From positions 211,367 through 275,366 of IMG/VR virus record IMGVR_UViG_3300021959_006010: DNA of 64,000 nt; one strand, written 5' to 3'. The position numbers were made by a program, and so were the translations under genes. The notes under the pieces are model-generated. The model was not told where the DNA came from and did not search any database. It saw only the letters and a list, made by a program, of their open reading frames with translations. Shown piece by piece: positions 17,053-26,025 of this stretch; positions within the stretch are counted from its first letter, which is position 1, and every line of letters starts with the position of its first letter.

Positions 17053-17313
17053 ATGGCTTACTGGACACACACCGTCAAACCAATTGGTTGTTTCGTAGAG
17101 AAAGAGGTAGGCAACTACTTCGAGTATAGCGTCAACGACGATCCACTCACAGGCTTCAACGAAGACTTCCCACACAAGATTTGGGTAGGAGACGGCTACC
17201 GTTATGGAAATGTCAAGAAGACGGTTGCTGTGATCTGTGTAGACGAAGACGAATACGGCTTGCCTGTAGTAGAGAAGTGGTTCTTGAAAAAGAATACAGC
17301 TTATGCAAATTAG
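17053..17313 (+). CDS. early hypothetical protein
   Basis: promoter 16999, GAGGGC 17043. Confidence 0.8.
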   Translation: MAYWTHTVKPIGCFVEKEVGNYFEYSVNDDPLTGFNEDFPHKIWVGDGYRYGNVKKTVAVICVDEDEYGLPVVEKWFLKKNTAYAN

Positions 17314-17379
17314 GGGTTGACAAAACACTAGACTGAGTGCATACTGTATATATAGTTAGAAATTAGGAGGGCTCCTACA

Positions 17380-17595
17380 ATGGCAACAGAATTAAAAAGC
17401 ACAACAGAAGATGTTAGCTTGACACGCTTTTGGGGCGGCGAAGCTCGCGGCACTTGTGTACAGGTTACAACAACCTACACAGCAGATCCAAAAGACTTCT
17501 TTAAGCATATAAGTTTGACACGCGAAGAGGCTGCAAGTGTAGCAGCCGACTTGATGAAGTTTGCACAAGGCACAGAAGAGGAGCACTGGGCATGA
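17380..17595 (+). CDS. early hypothetical protein
   Basis: promoter 17317, GAGGGC 17367. Confidence 0.8.
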   Translation: MATELKSTTEDVSLTRFWGGEARGTCVQVTTTYTADPKDFFKHISLTREEAASVAADLMKFAQGTEEEHWA

Positions 17596-17798
17596 TTAAG
17601 TCACTATTGGTTGGATTGTTTGTAGGCGGCGCATTGTTTGTTCTTGCAGACTATGCGCTTTCGATTCCAGACGTAAAGATGAGCTATGCTACAAACACCT
17701 GCGTAGAAGTTATCAATTATCCTAGTACGCTGTTTGGCACTACCAACTTCAGCTGTGAGTTGATGCCAACAAAATTTAATCACATTTGGGTAAAATAG
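17592..17798 (+). CDS. small membrane-anchored hypothetical protein
   Basis: ATGA coupling; hydrophobic N-terminus. Confidence 0.7.
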   Translation: MIKSLLVGLFVGGALFVLADYALSIPDVKMSYATNTCVEVINYPSTLFGTTNFSCELMPTKFNHIWVK

Positions 17799-17862
17799 GG
17801 GTTGACAAAACCCCTAGCTGGTGGTATACTGTATATAACAGTTAGGAAACGAGGGTTAGAAA

Positions 17863-18213
17863 ATGAAAAAATTCGCAATCAACACAGCAAGCAATCTAAT
17901 GTCAGCAGCCGTAATTGGCGGCGTATTGTTGTTCGCGGCGGCACCAGCACACGCTTGGGGCGAACGTGAGCAAGGCATTCTTACTGGAGTGATTGGCACA
18001 CTGATCATCCAAGACATCAATCGTGGCAACAACGGTCACACCACACACGGTCATCAGCATCCGCAACAGCCTGTAGTCATCCAGCACACCACTCGCAACT
18101 GCGGCGTTGAAGTTCGCACAGTATACACAGACGGTGGCACACGTTCGATTACCGATACTGTTGATGCGTGTACTGGTCGATTGATTCAACGTGTAGAACG
18201 CAAGAGCTGGTAA
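17863..18213 (+). CDS. early secreted/membrane hypothetical protein
   Basis: signal-like AAAPAHA; promoter 17802, GAGGGT leader. Confidence 0.75.
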   Translation: MKKFAINTASNLMSAAVIGGVLLFAAAPAHAWGEREQGILTGVIGTLIIQDINRGNNGHTTHGHQHPQQPVVIQHTTRNCGVEVRTVYTDGGTRSITDTVDACTGRLIQRVERKSW

Positions 18214-18333
18214 TATGTATATAGTCGAAGACAACGACGGTCGTACGATTGCAATATGCAGTCGGCTAGAAGATGCTCGTGCATACACGGCAACCAACCT
18301 TGATAATGTAACCTATACCATAAAGGAAAACAC

Positions 18334-18603
18334 ATGCAATTCTTCGAAGCAACAGAACAGCAACGAAAGCTCGCAGACATCGGCCGACAAATGATGGACT
18401 GGAGCGAGAACTACGGTCGCACCCAAGGCCTACGAGACGTAACGGACAACGGCCTGCGAACACTGAACGAAATGAGTCACGTGGGCAACATGCTCACTCA
18501 CTACGGTGCTCCTTATGGAACTAGTTCCAAAGACTTCTCAGAAGCAGACCGCAAATTAATTGCTCAGTTCCTACAGAAAGAGGTTGACATCGAGCGCAAG
18601 TGA
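18334..18603 (+). CDS. hypothetical protein
   Basis: AAGGA RBS. Confidence 0.7.
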   Translation: MQFFEATEQQRKLADIGRQMMDWSENYGRTQGLRDVTDNGLRTLNEMSHVGNMLTHYGAPYGTSSKDFSEADRKLIAQFLQKEVDIERK

Positions 18604-18645
18604 TGGTATACTGTATATAACAGTTAAGCAATAGAGGGCAAAACT

Positions 18646-18921
18646 ATGCGTAAACTACAGCAATTCGTCGACGATCAGAACGTGTGGAGATCACTCTTCA
18701 ACACTGCAGAGATCACTTTCCCACTAAGCCAAGCACATGTAAACGACTTAGGCAAGAGCATTGACTCAAAGCTTTCGCCAGAAAACCTACATCAAGACGG
18801 AGAGCGCGACTACAAAGAAGCGATCCGCATTGGCAACTACCTTAACGATGTACTGGACGAGCTGAATGCATACTGCAAACAGAACAGTCTAGTAGAACCA
18901 ACTGTATGGGAGGCATGGTAA
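18646..18921 (+). CDS. early hypothetical protein
   Basis: promoter 18584, GAGGGC 18634; LSPENLH.DGE motif. Confidence 0.8.
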   Translation: MRKLQQFVDDQNVWRSLFNTAEITFPLSQAHVNDLGKSIDSKLSPENLHQDGERDYKEAIRIGNYLNDVLDELNAYCKQNSLVEPTVWEAW

Positions 18922-19166
18922 TGAACCTAGCACAAACATTCTTCCAGGCTGTTAACAAACCTGAGAACTGGTACAAAGAAGACGGCATGAGCCGCATCAA
19001 TTGGAACTTCGTAGACGCTGACTGCTACATGGCATGCGGCAGAGAGTATCCAACAACAGATGCATTCTACGACGAGTGGAACGCATTGTGCGACATCTAT
19101 GTTGCAAGCTATAACAGCCACAGTCTACAAATGAACCAAATACTGGTTGACACAGTACCGGCTTGA
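18921..19166 (+). CDS. hypothetical protein
   Basis: TAATG coupling, GGAGG RBS; INWNFVDAD motif. Confidence 0.7.
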   Translation: MNLAQTFFQAVNKPENWYKEDGMSRINWNFVDADCYMACGREYPTTDAFYDEWNALCDIYVASYNSHSLQMNQILVDTVPA

Positions 19167-19211
19167 AGCTATACTGTAAGAGTAAGTTAAACAAAGCAAG
19201 AGGGCATTGCA

Positions 19212-19556
19212 ATGAACTACACTGTAAACGAAATCCAAAACATCCTAGCAGAAGCAACTGAAGCAGCCTACACTGCCGCGGACGCATTTGAACAGGAATA
19301 CTTTCCGGACAACGGCTGGGGAGCATGTGGCTTTGCTTGGGTAGACATATTCGGCATTAAAGGCAACACCAAGCTGGGCCGTGCGCTTAAGGCAGCAGGC
19401 ATTACTAAGAGCTACAACGGCGCACACCAAATATGGAACCCGTCAAAGTATCCTACACAGAATGTAGACACACTAGAAGCAGGTGCACGAGCGGCAGCAG
19501 ATGTGTTCCGCAAGTATGGCTTTGACAAAACATACGCAGGCAGTCGACTAGACTAA
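19212..19556 (+). CDS. early hypothetical phage protein
   Basis: promoter 19147, GAGGGC 19200; CGFAWV...SRLD. Confidence 0.8.
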   Translation: MNYTVNEIQNILAEATEAAYTAADAFEQEYFPDNGWGACGFAWVDIFGIKGNTKLGRALKAAGITKSYNGAHQIWNPSKYPTQNVDTLEAGARAAADVFRKYGFDKTYAGSRLD

Positions 19557-19580
19557 TACGATCAAACAGTAGAGAGACTA

Positions 19581-19613
19581 GGGGCAAGTTCTAACGCTTG
19601 CCTTTTTTCTTTT
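19581..19613 (+). terminator. terminator ending the early island
   Basis: GGCAAG...CTTGCC plus T run. Confidence 0.7.
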
Positions 19614-19614
19614 C

Positions 19615-20440
19615 AAAATAAAAAAATAAAAAAATTTTTTCTCGAGGGGGGCCGGGGCTTATATAAAAAGTCTTGTAAAAACAAGCACTTAGCTTAATGA
19701 GCAGTTTTAAAAATGGTGTGATGCAAAATCACCACCTCACTTCTATAAGTACTCCACCACAATTTTTTGCGCAGCAGATTTTTTTACCCTGTAGACCCAT
19801 TTCGGACAATGTATATAAAAGCCTCTACACAATAAGCGTATACTCGCGCAACACAATAAGCGTAGGGAGCTCTTGTGTAACAAAGCGAGCTCTGCGTAAC
19901 ACACACGTGAGTGCAAGAGTCGCTTCCTGAAAGGAAAGACTCTCCAACGAGCGTGTTAGTTGTCGCTTTGCGAAGCAAAAGACGACTTTGAGTTTGCTCA
20001 TATATAGCGTGTACTACAGAACCTCTACAGTGTGCGCTATACAGTGATAAGTAATATGGACATTATGTACGAAATAAAACTTATATATACTCCTGAGCCA
20101 TACTCGCTAACTCTAAAAGAGTCAATCACATACTGTGCTACAGTAGAGTTATTCTTGCGCGGCATACACACATCACAGTGCAGTGCCAGTAGAATAGCTT
20201 TTGAGTCAGATAGAGATCGCATGCTAGGTTTGCTTATACTATCAGAGAGTACAAGCTTTACTCCTGTAATTATATAGGTGTCTGTGCGCTAATATAAGCG
20301 TCATACAGCAGGTTTAGGATTGTTTGGCATCGTGTGCAACTAAACGCTGATTTTCTTGCGCAAAAGCGTTTACCGCTTCGCGGCTTGTAGGTTTACCGCA
20401 GCGGCTTCGCCGTTTTTTGGGCTTAAACGCTTCGCGCTTG
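19615..20440. other. structured, mostly non-coding box (A-tracts, direct repeats, GAA-triloop hairpins); possible origin or injection/packaging signal
   Basis: A/T tract 19615-19640; ACACAATAAGCGTA x2 (19827, 19851); GCGAAGC on + at 19970 and on - at 20375, 20404, 20429. Confidence 0.45.
20056..20277 (+). CDS. hypothetical protein
   Basis: TAAGTA box immediately upstream. Confidence 0.5.
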   Translation: MDIMYEIKLIYTPEPYSLTLKESITYCATVELFLRGIHTSQCSASRIAFESDRDRMLGLLILSESTSFTPVII

Positions 20441-20441
20441 T

Positions 20442-20879
20442 TTAGAACTTGTACTCGAAGTTTTGGCAGGTCTTGCCCTTGCGTAGCAACTGTGCTCCGT
20501 TGCGTGTGTGGAAACGTTCTGCCATTTCTGTTAGGGGACTCAGTGTGCAGTAGCGTTGTATGTGTGGATGATCACGCTGTATAACTTCTGCTGTAGAGAA
20601 TATGATGTCTCGTCCTGCGCCTCGCGCATAACTCCATACTGTATAGAACATTGCAGTGTCGGGCCGGGTGTTGTGCGCAAGTTCTTCTTCAGTTAGTGCC
20701 GTGCCCTGTGTATATGCTACACACAGTACAGCAGCTACCACACCGTCCCATTCCAGCGCATATACTTCTCTGCCGTCTCGAAGTCTCCATTCTAGATCAA
20801 TGTGTGGACGAACAGGATCGTCCAGTATATAACTCTTTTTCCAATCTCTAGTGTCAAACTGTACCAGTTGCGTTTCCAT
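20442..20879 (-). CDS. hypothetical protein, possibly GNAT-like fold
   Basis: FYTVWSY..GAGR...TLSP.T..A.RFH..NGA resembles acetyl-CoA-binding motifs. Confidence 0.6.
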   Translation of the reverse strand: METQLVQFDTRDWKKSYILDDPVRPHIDLEWRLRDGREVYALEWDGVVAAVLCVAYTQGTALTEEELAHNTRPDTAMFYTVWSYARGAGRDIIFSTAEVIQRDHPHIQRYCTLSPLTEMAERFHTRNGAQLLRKGKTCQNFEYKF

Positions 20880-22292
20880 TTATTCTCCTAGGTTATTAAG
20901 AAATGCTTTGAGTTTTGAACTGTCTGTTTCAGCTCGTATCTTTCCTACACTTGCGCCTTCGCTTGGATCTTCCTGCGGCTGTGCTTGTGTGCGTTTGATG
21001 TTTGCTACAATTGAACTTGCAGTTGTGTTGCCTGTGCTGGTAGCAGCTTCGTCATCTTCTCCAATGTCAAATATGCGCAGTGTGTCTACATCAAAACCTA
21101 GATCTACTTTTTGTCCTACGCCCGAACTTGATCGTGTCTTCATCAGCTGTATTTGATAGCGTCCACGCTCACGCATTGCTCTACTAGTAAAGATACCAAT
21201 TAGATTGTCTGCTGTGTTAATCTTTGAAATACCACCCGAGATGTGGCTGTGATCAAACTCAATCTCTTCAACACTAGAACGATTCAACTGACTTGCTGTT
21301 ACAAAGATACAGTTTAGTTCCATTGCCAAGTTGCGTAGTTCTTCTGACACATACTTGTCTTTAACAAACAAGTTCTCTGCTGAAATCTTTTGTCCAATTG
21401 GATGCATAAGATCTAGATAGTCTATGAGCAGTACATCCACTTTGCGTCCTGTCTTGATCTCATACTCCTTGAGGTACGCTCTAACATCGTTTGCGTTCTT
21501 GCCTGTGGGCATGTACTTGACTTGAAACGCACCACTCTTCTTGCCAATCATCTTGACTTTCATTTCAACATCATCAAGACTCTTAAAGATATCACGACTT
21601 GGAATCTCTGAAGTCATAGCATCAAGACGCATGCTCACTAGATTCTCTGAAAGCTCAAATGTCAAGTACATCACGTTCATGCCTGCAAGACACCAGTTAA
21701 CACCTAGGTTAGCCATAAACAAACTCTTGCCCGAACCCGAACCACCTGCAAAGATGTTAAGCTCGCCTCTGTTGAATCCGCCAAACAGTTTCTTGTCTAG
21801 TGCGGGCCAGCCTGTGCTTACTTGTCCGTTCTTGTCTTTGATTGCTTCTAGTCGACTGCGCGGATCAGCAAAGTAGTCTGTGCCTAGATCCTTTTGCAGT
21901 CCAATCTGTACTGCTCGCTTAACCAAATCCTCAACCGGGCCGTACTCGCCTTTCTCAAGCAAGTCTGCTGAGTCAAGTATTGCTTTCTCAAGTGCCTTGT
22001 GTCTACTGAACGTTTCGAACTCCTGTAGCAGCCAGTCATAGTGATTCTCCTGTAGGTCACCTGGATCTTTTAGTTGTGCGTCTGTAGCTGCATTGATCAT
22101 ATCAAATGTAGGCAATGCATTATGTTCTTCTACATAGTCCTTTAAAAACTTTGCTGGTTCTACCAAACGTCTGTCAAATGTCTTTGGATCAAACACACCC
22201 TGACAGCGTACAAAGCTCTCAGCGTCTGTCATAAACATTTCTAAATATACTTTTTGGATATCATATCCATAGTCGGTGTTTTGTCTTGTCAT
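20880..22292 (-). CDS. replicative helicase (T4 gp41/DnaB-like)
   Basis: AGGSGSGKS, LIDYLDLM, VTASQLNRS, LMKTR. Confidence 0.9.
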   Translation of the reverse strand: MTRQNTDYGYDIQKVYLEMFMTDAESFVRCQGVFDPKTFDRRLVEPAKFLKDYVEEHNALPTFDMINAATDAQLKDPGDLQENHYDWLLQEFETFSRHKALEKAILDSADLLEKGEYGPVEDLVKRAVQIGLQKDLGTDYFADPRSRLEAIKDKNGQVSTGWPALDKKLFGGFNRGELNIFAGGSGSGKSLFMANLGVNWCLAGMNVMYLTFELSENLVSMRLDAMTSEIPSRDIFKSLDDVEMKVKMIGKKSGAFQVKYMPTGKNANDVRAYLKEYEIKTGRKVDVLLIDYLDLMHPIGQKISAENLFVKDKYVSEELRNLAMELNCIFVTASQLNRSSVEEIEFDHSHISGGISKINTADNLIGIFTSRAMRERGRYQIQLMKTRSSSGVGQKVDLGFDVDTLRIFDIGEDDEAATSTGNTTASSIVANIKRTQAQPQEDPSEGASVGKIRAETDSSKLKAFLNNLGE

Positions 22293-22410
22293 TCTTTTGT
22301 GTGCCTTACGTTAGTTCTTGCTTTTACACTACCACAGTTTTTACAATAAACTATTGTAACATAAAATTTATGTTTGTCAACTTCAAGAGTCTGATTGTGT
22401 TCTGTTATTT

Positions 22411-23880
22411 CTACTTGTTTGCAGCAGCCGTCCAAACCTTAACTCCATATTGTTTTTCAAATGCTTGTGCATCTTCTACAGTGTTAACAATGGGTTTACC
22501 CTTGATGTTAAGTGAGGTATTTAGTAGCACAGGACAGCCTGTAGCTTCGTACCAACGTTCTAGCAGTTTTCTAAAGCCCACGCTTTGCGTTGAAGAAACT
22601 GTCTGTACCCGAGAGGTGCCGTCCCTGTGCGTGATTGCAGGTAGTCCAGGATCCTTGCAAGTTGCAGTGTATTGCATGTAGGGGTTTGCATATCCGTCGA
22701 AATAGGTAGACGCATGTTCCTCCAATACTGCTGGCGCAAAAGGTCTAAACTTCTGTCGTTGTTTGATTTCGTTAACTCTATCTTTAATGTCTGGCCTTCT
22801 GGGGTCTGCAAGGAGGGAGCGGTGTCCAAAAGCTCTGGGCCCGAACTCTGCCCTGCCGTTGGCCACGCCAACAATACCAGTAGTAAGCAACTCGTTAAGT
22901 ACTTCTTCAACAGGATAATCTCCTTCTATGTTATAACCTGTGTACACATGATCCATTTCCATGTGTTGTTTTTTATGGGCTAGTACACAACCTATTGCAC
23001 TGCCTGCATCACCCGGGTTAGGCATGATCCATACGTTATCGAAAAACTTGTATGCTAAATGGTTAGCACTGCAATTTAACGCACATCCTCCCATTAACAC
23101 AAGGTTTTTGCTAGGCGCCATTATGCGGGCTACATTCAAAATACCTTGAAAAATCTTTTCATACAGGTTCTGGGCTGCTGCCGCTATGTCAAAATAGTCT
23201 TGTTCAGTGGTCAAATCCTTGCGCCAGTCTAAGCACCCTCTATGTAAATTGCGTTTAAAAGTAATAGGGTGTCCATAAGGGTCAACAAAATCTTCAACCA
23301 TAGCTTGGTACAAACGATCTGGGTCACCGTATGCAGCCATACCCATAAGAATGTATTCGTCTTCTTGAGGTTTTAATCCAACCCTTTGCGTGATTGCCGA
23401 GTACCATAGTCCCACGGAATGTGGATATTTTTGGGAATAGACCTTTTTGAGTCTTCCTTCTTTACCATGCCAGATAGTAAGTGTATCAAACTCTCCAATG
23501 CTGTCGATACTAATAACGCAGGCTTCTGTAAAAGGACTAGTATAATAACCGGCAGCAGCATGGGAAAGATGATGATCAGTATACCTAATAGGAGCATGTA
23601 TCCCATAAGATCCAAGATACTTACGAATATTGTTTTCACCCAACCGTATTCCTTGCCCTGCTCTAAATTGTCTAACAGTTTTGACAAGGGGTCTTTCATA
23701 CCAAATAATTTCATCTGGTTCTCCCCATTTCCTTGCATATTCAATTAACTCGTTATTTAAGTCGGGGTCGTTTTTTATACCGCTAAAACGTTCGCTATGA
23801 CTCGCAAACTCTAGTCCGTCTTCTGAAAAAACAGCTAGAGCAGCATCATGACTGTTAGCACTTATACCCCATGTAATCAT
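22411..23880 (-). CDS. carbamoyltransferase (NodU/CmcH family)
   Basis: SHDAA, ERFS..KND, HHLSHAAAGYY, MGMAAYG, GGCALNC.AN, GDAGSAIG, EFGPRAFG.RSLLADP, FRPFAP, LLNTSLN. Confidence 0.92.
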   Translation of the reverse strand: MITWGISANSHDAALAVFSEDGLEFASHSERFSGIKNDPDLNNELIEYARKWGEPDEIIWYERPLVKTVRQFRAGQGIRLGENNIRKYLGSYGIHAPIRYTDHHLSHAAAGYYTSPFTEACVISIDSIGEFDTLTIWHGKEGRLKKVYSQKYPHSVGLWYSAITQRVGLKPQEDEYILMGMAAYGDPDRLYQAMVEDFVDPYGHPITFKRNLHRGCLDWRKDLTTEQDYFDIAAAAQNLYEKIFQGILNVARIMAPSKNLVLMGGCALNCSANHLAYKFFDNVWIMPNPGDAGSAIGCVLAHKKQHMEMDHVYTGYNIEGDYPVEEVLNELLTTGIVGVANGRAEFGPRAFGHRSLLADPRRPDIKDRVNEIKQRQKFRPFAPAVLEEHASTYFDGYANPYMQYTATCKDPGLPAITHRDGTSRVQTVSSTQSVGFRKLLERWYEATGCPVLLNTSLNIKGKPIVNTVEDAQAFEKQYGVKVWTAAANK

Positions 23881-24089
23881 ACAGTTATATCTACTTTACT
23901 TCCTTGCTGTACAGGATACACAACTTCTCCTTTTGCATTATAAGTTGTATAAACTACTTCGGATATTTTTGACGAGCCGCCGTCTTTTTGTGTATGTTGA
24001 ACGTGCGTTACAGTTTCAACAGGTCCAGATGTTTGAACTCTAGTATAAGCACTTATTACGTTAATTGGGCTAATAGGATCGATACTCAT
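23877..24089 (-). CDS. hypothetical protein
   Basis: 70 aa, coupled at both ends. Confidence 0.6.
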   Translation of the reverse strand: MSIDPISPINVISAYTRVQTSGPVETVTHVQHTQKDGGSSKISEVVYTTYNAKGEVVYPVQQGSKVDITV

Positions 24090-24208
24090 TTGTAAATAAA
24101 AGGGTCCTTTTCTCTAAGTTCTTTTAATCGTTTCCTTATTTTAATTTCTTCTTTAATTTTATCATATGGCCAGCGTATCCAAGACCAAATCGTTTTTAAC
24201 CAAACCAT
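24086..24208 (-). CDS. 40-aa peptide ending ...LKELREKDPFIYK (not in ORF track)
   Basis: MVWLKTIWSWIRWPYDKIKEEIKIRKRLKELREKDPFIYK; overlaps the primase stop and the next ATG. Confidence 0.7.
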   Translation of the reverse strand: MVWLKTIWSWIRWPYDKIKEEIKIRKRLKELREKDPFIYK

Positions 24209-25179
24209 TTTTTTGCTCCTAGTCTAATTTTAAGAGGTGACTCTTCTGCACTTGTTGCAATACTATGCAATGTGTATAGTCTACCGTACTTATCTACTGC
24301 ATCACCTATGTCATTAATGTCTTGTGTCCAGTTTGGCATACTAACGCTAAATCCTAGTTCAATTGCACGTTCAACAAGTTTGCTACCAGCCTTGTCTCTA
24401 TCTGGTACAACAATAATCTGCTTCTGCAATCTATTCAACAGCATTGCTTGTTGATCGCTTATTTCTGATCCGCCTAATGCACAACCTTCTACATGTATAG
24501 CATCAATCTGTCCTTCGCACACAATAGCAAATACTTTGTTATAACCTTGTTCGTCTAATCCGTATACAAAGCCAGGCTGTACTTCTGTAAGGTATTTTGG
24601 CTTTTTATCTGGTACAACACTTCGAGCAGTCCAGCCTACGATGCGTCCTTCAAAGTAGAAGGGAATAATAAGACGATCACGATAACCTAAACTAGGTGAC
24701 CAGTAGTAGTCTGTATCATCTACGTTTAGATTACGTGACGCCATATATTCAAGTACAGACATACTAAACTTGTTAAAATCTGTAATGTCTGTAATTTTAA
24801 CAGCATCATCTGGTAACGGAACAGTATTGAAGGTAGGCAACTCTGCTATGCGAGTTTTAGCCTCAACACCCTCGTTTTCTCTCATTACTTCTAGTGCTAC
24901 CTTGTTGATTATATCGTCAGGTGCTCCTGTCCACTGTAAGAGCTTACGCAGTTTATGAGAAAAGTTTCTGCCCGGTTGCCAGGATGCTTTGAAGCCGCAG
25001 TTAAAGCAATGATAACTTACGCCTCCATCGGGGTTGCTTATTAAGCCACCGCGTCCACGAGTGTCTGCCGTATGTCCATTATGATGGCAACACGGCGCAT
25101 TAAAGGATAGCCAGCCACTAGGAGTTTGTTTCCTTTTAGCAGGCAAGTATGTCAGAACTGTATCGTTAACTACACTCAT
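24196..25179 (-). CDS. DNA primase (gp61/DnaG-like)
   Basis: Zn finger CC..H...HCFNCG, RLIIPF, GWTAR, TOPRIM CEGQIDA...PDRD.AG, DIGD. Confidence 0.88.
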   Translation of the reverse strand: MSVVNDTVLTYLPAKRKQTPSGWLSFNAPCCHHNGHTADTRGRGGLISNPDGGVSYHCFNCGFKASWQPGRNFSHKLRKLLQWTGAPDDIINKVALEVMRENEGVEAKTRIAELPTFNTVPLPDDAVKITDITDFNKFSMSVLEYMASRNLNVDDTDYYWSPSLGYRDRLIIPFYFEGRIVGWTARSVVPDKKPKYLTEVQPGFVYGLDEQGYNKVFAIVCEGQIDAIHVEGCALGGSEISDQQAMLLNRLQKQIIVVPDRDKAGSKLVERAIELGFSVSMPNWTQDINDIGDAVDKYGRLYTLHSIATSAEESPLKIRLGAKKWFG

Positions 25180-25214
25180 ACTATTATTATAGCGTGGTTA
25201 GTTTAAAATGTCAA

Positions 25215-25991
25215 TCAGTTTCTAACTAAAATTTTCTCAATTGTGTTAACAGGAGTTACACTTGTTCTAAATCTCAAGTAACTAAAAACACCATTAAAGT
25301 TTACAGCAACTGGTTCAGTTTCTGCACCAGTAAATGTTACAGTACTAATGTCAGTCCAAATGTCTGTATTATTTCCTGTTATTTGATTTTGTAACGTTGC
25401 TTGTACTGTAACCGTTCCTGCGTAACCACTAGAATAAATGGCAGCAGTATGTAGTGCTTCGTTTCCATTAATACCGGGCTGTGCTTCAAGTGTTTCTGAA
25501 ATAAATTCAGGTTCGTTAATTGTTTCTCTTTGAAATTGCGATACTTGATATGTATCTCTAGGTCCAGGAAATGCTTCGCTGCTAACAAATATCGATCCTG
25601 AATTTCCATAATGTACATCTGTGTATGTTAACTTTTTATCATTGTTACTGTCAACTAGATAAATGTTATAACTAAGATACTGTTGTTTTACATTTAGTAA
25701 ATCATTATCTCCAACAATTACTTTACAAAGACCTTTATTAGAAATAAGAACTTCAGCGTCCTTTTCTAAAATAAGATTTTTATCTTCGTCGAACGCAATA
25801 AACTTAATTTCGTATCCACTAAGACTTACAGGTTTTTGATCTCTATTTAATATTTGAAATTCAAGGTCATTATCAATGCCTTTATAAACGGAAATTGTTC
25901 TTTTATACACAGGTCTATACTCCACGGCGAAACCAACATCATTAGCAATGATGGCAGTTCTGTTTGAGACTAAATATCTAGCAGTTAACAT
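25215..25991 (-). CDS. hypothetical, probably virion protein
   Basis: 258 aa beta-rich; TAAATA box upstream. Confidence 0.6.
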   Translation of the reverse strand: MLTARYLVSNRTAIIANDVGFAVEYRPVYKRTISVYKGIDNDLEFQILNRDQKPVSLSGYEIKFIAFDEDKNLILEKDAEVLISNKGLCKVIVGDNDLLNVKQQYLSYNIYLVDSNNDKKLTYTDVHYGNSGSIFVSSEAFPGPRDTYQVSQFQRETINEPEFISETLEAQPGINGNEALHTAAIYSSGYAGTVTVQATLQNQITGNNTDIWTDISTVTFTGAETEPVAVNFNGVFSYLRFRTSVTPVNTIEKILVRN

Positions 25992-26025
25992 AGTAATTGT
26001 ATTTATTGGATTTATTAAATAAAAA

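Larger units (their letters stand above)
8083..19175 (+). promoter_or_regulatory. array of ~23 early sigma70 promoters
   Basis: TTGACA-N17(16)-TATA(C/G/T)T-like; -35 at 8083, 8470, 8716, 9244, 9966, 11154, 11475, 11942, 12172, 12428, 12949, 13617, 14858, 15455, 15995, 16999, 17317, 17802, 18584, 19147; variants at 9585, 10366, 10722. Confidence 0.9.

Noticed and set aside
19697-19978. ORFs 19697-19930 and 19784-19978
   Set aside because: No RBS or promoter support; they lie in repeat- and hairpin-rich non-coding DNA.
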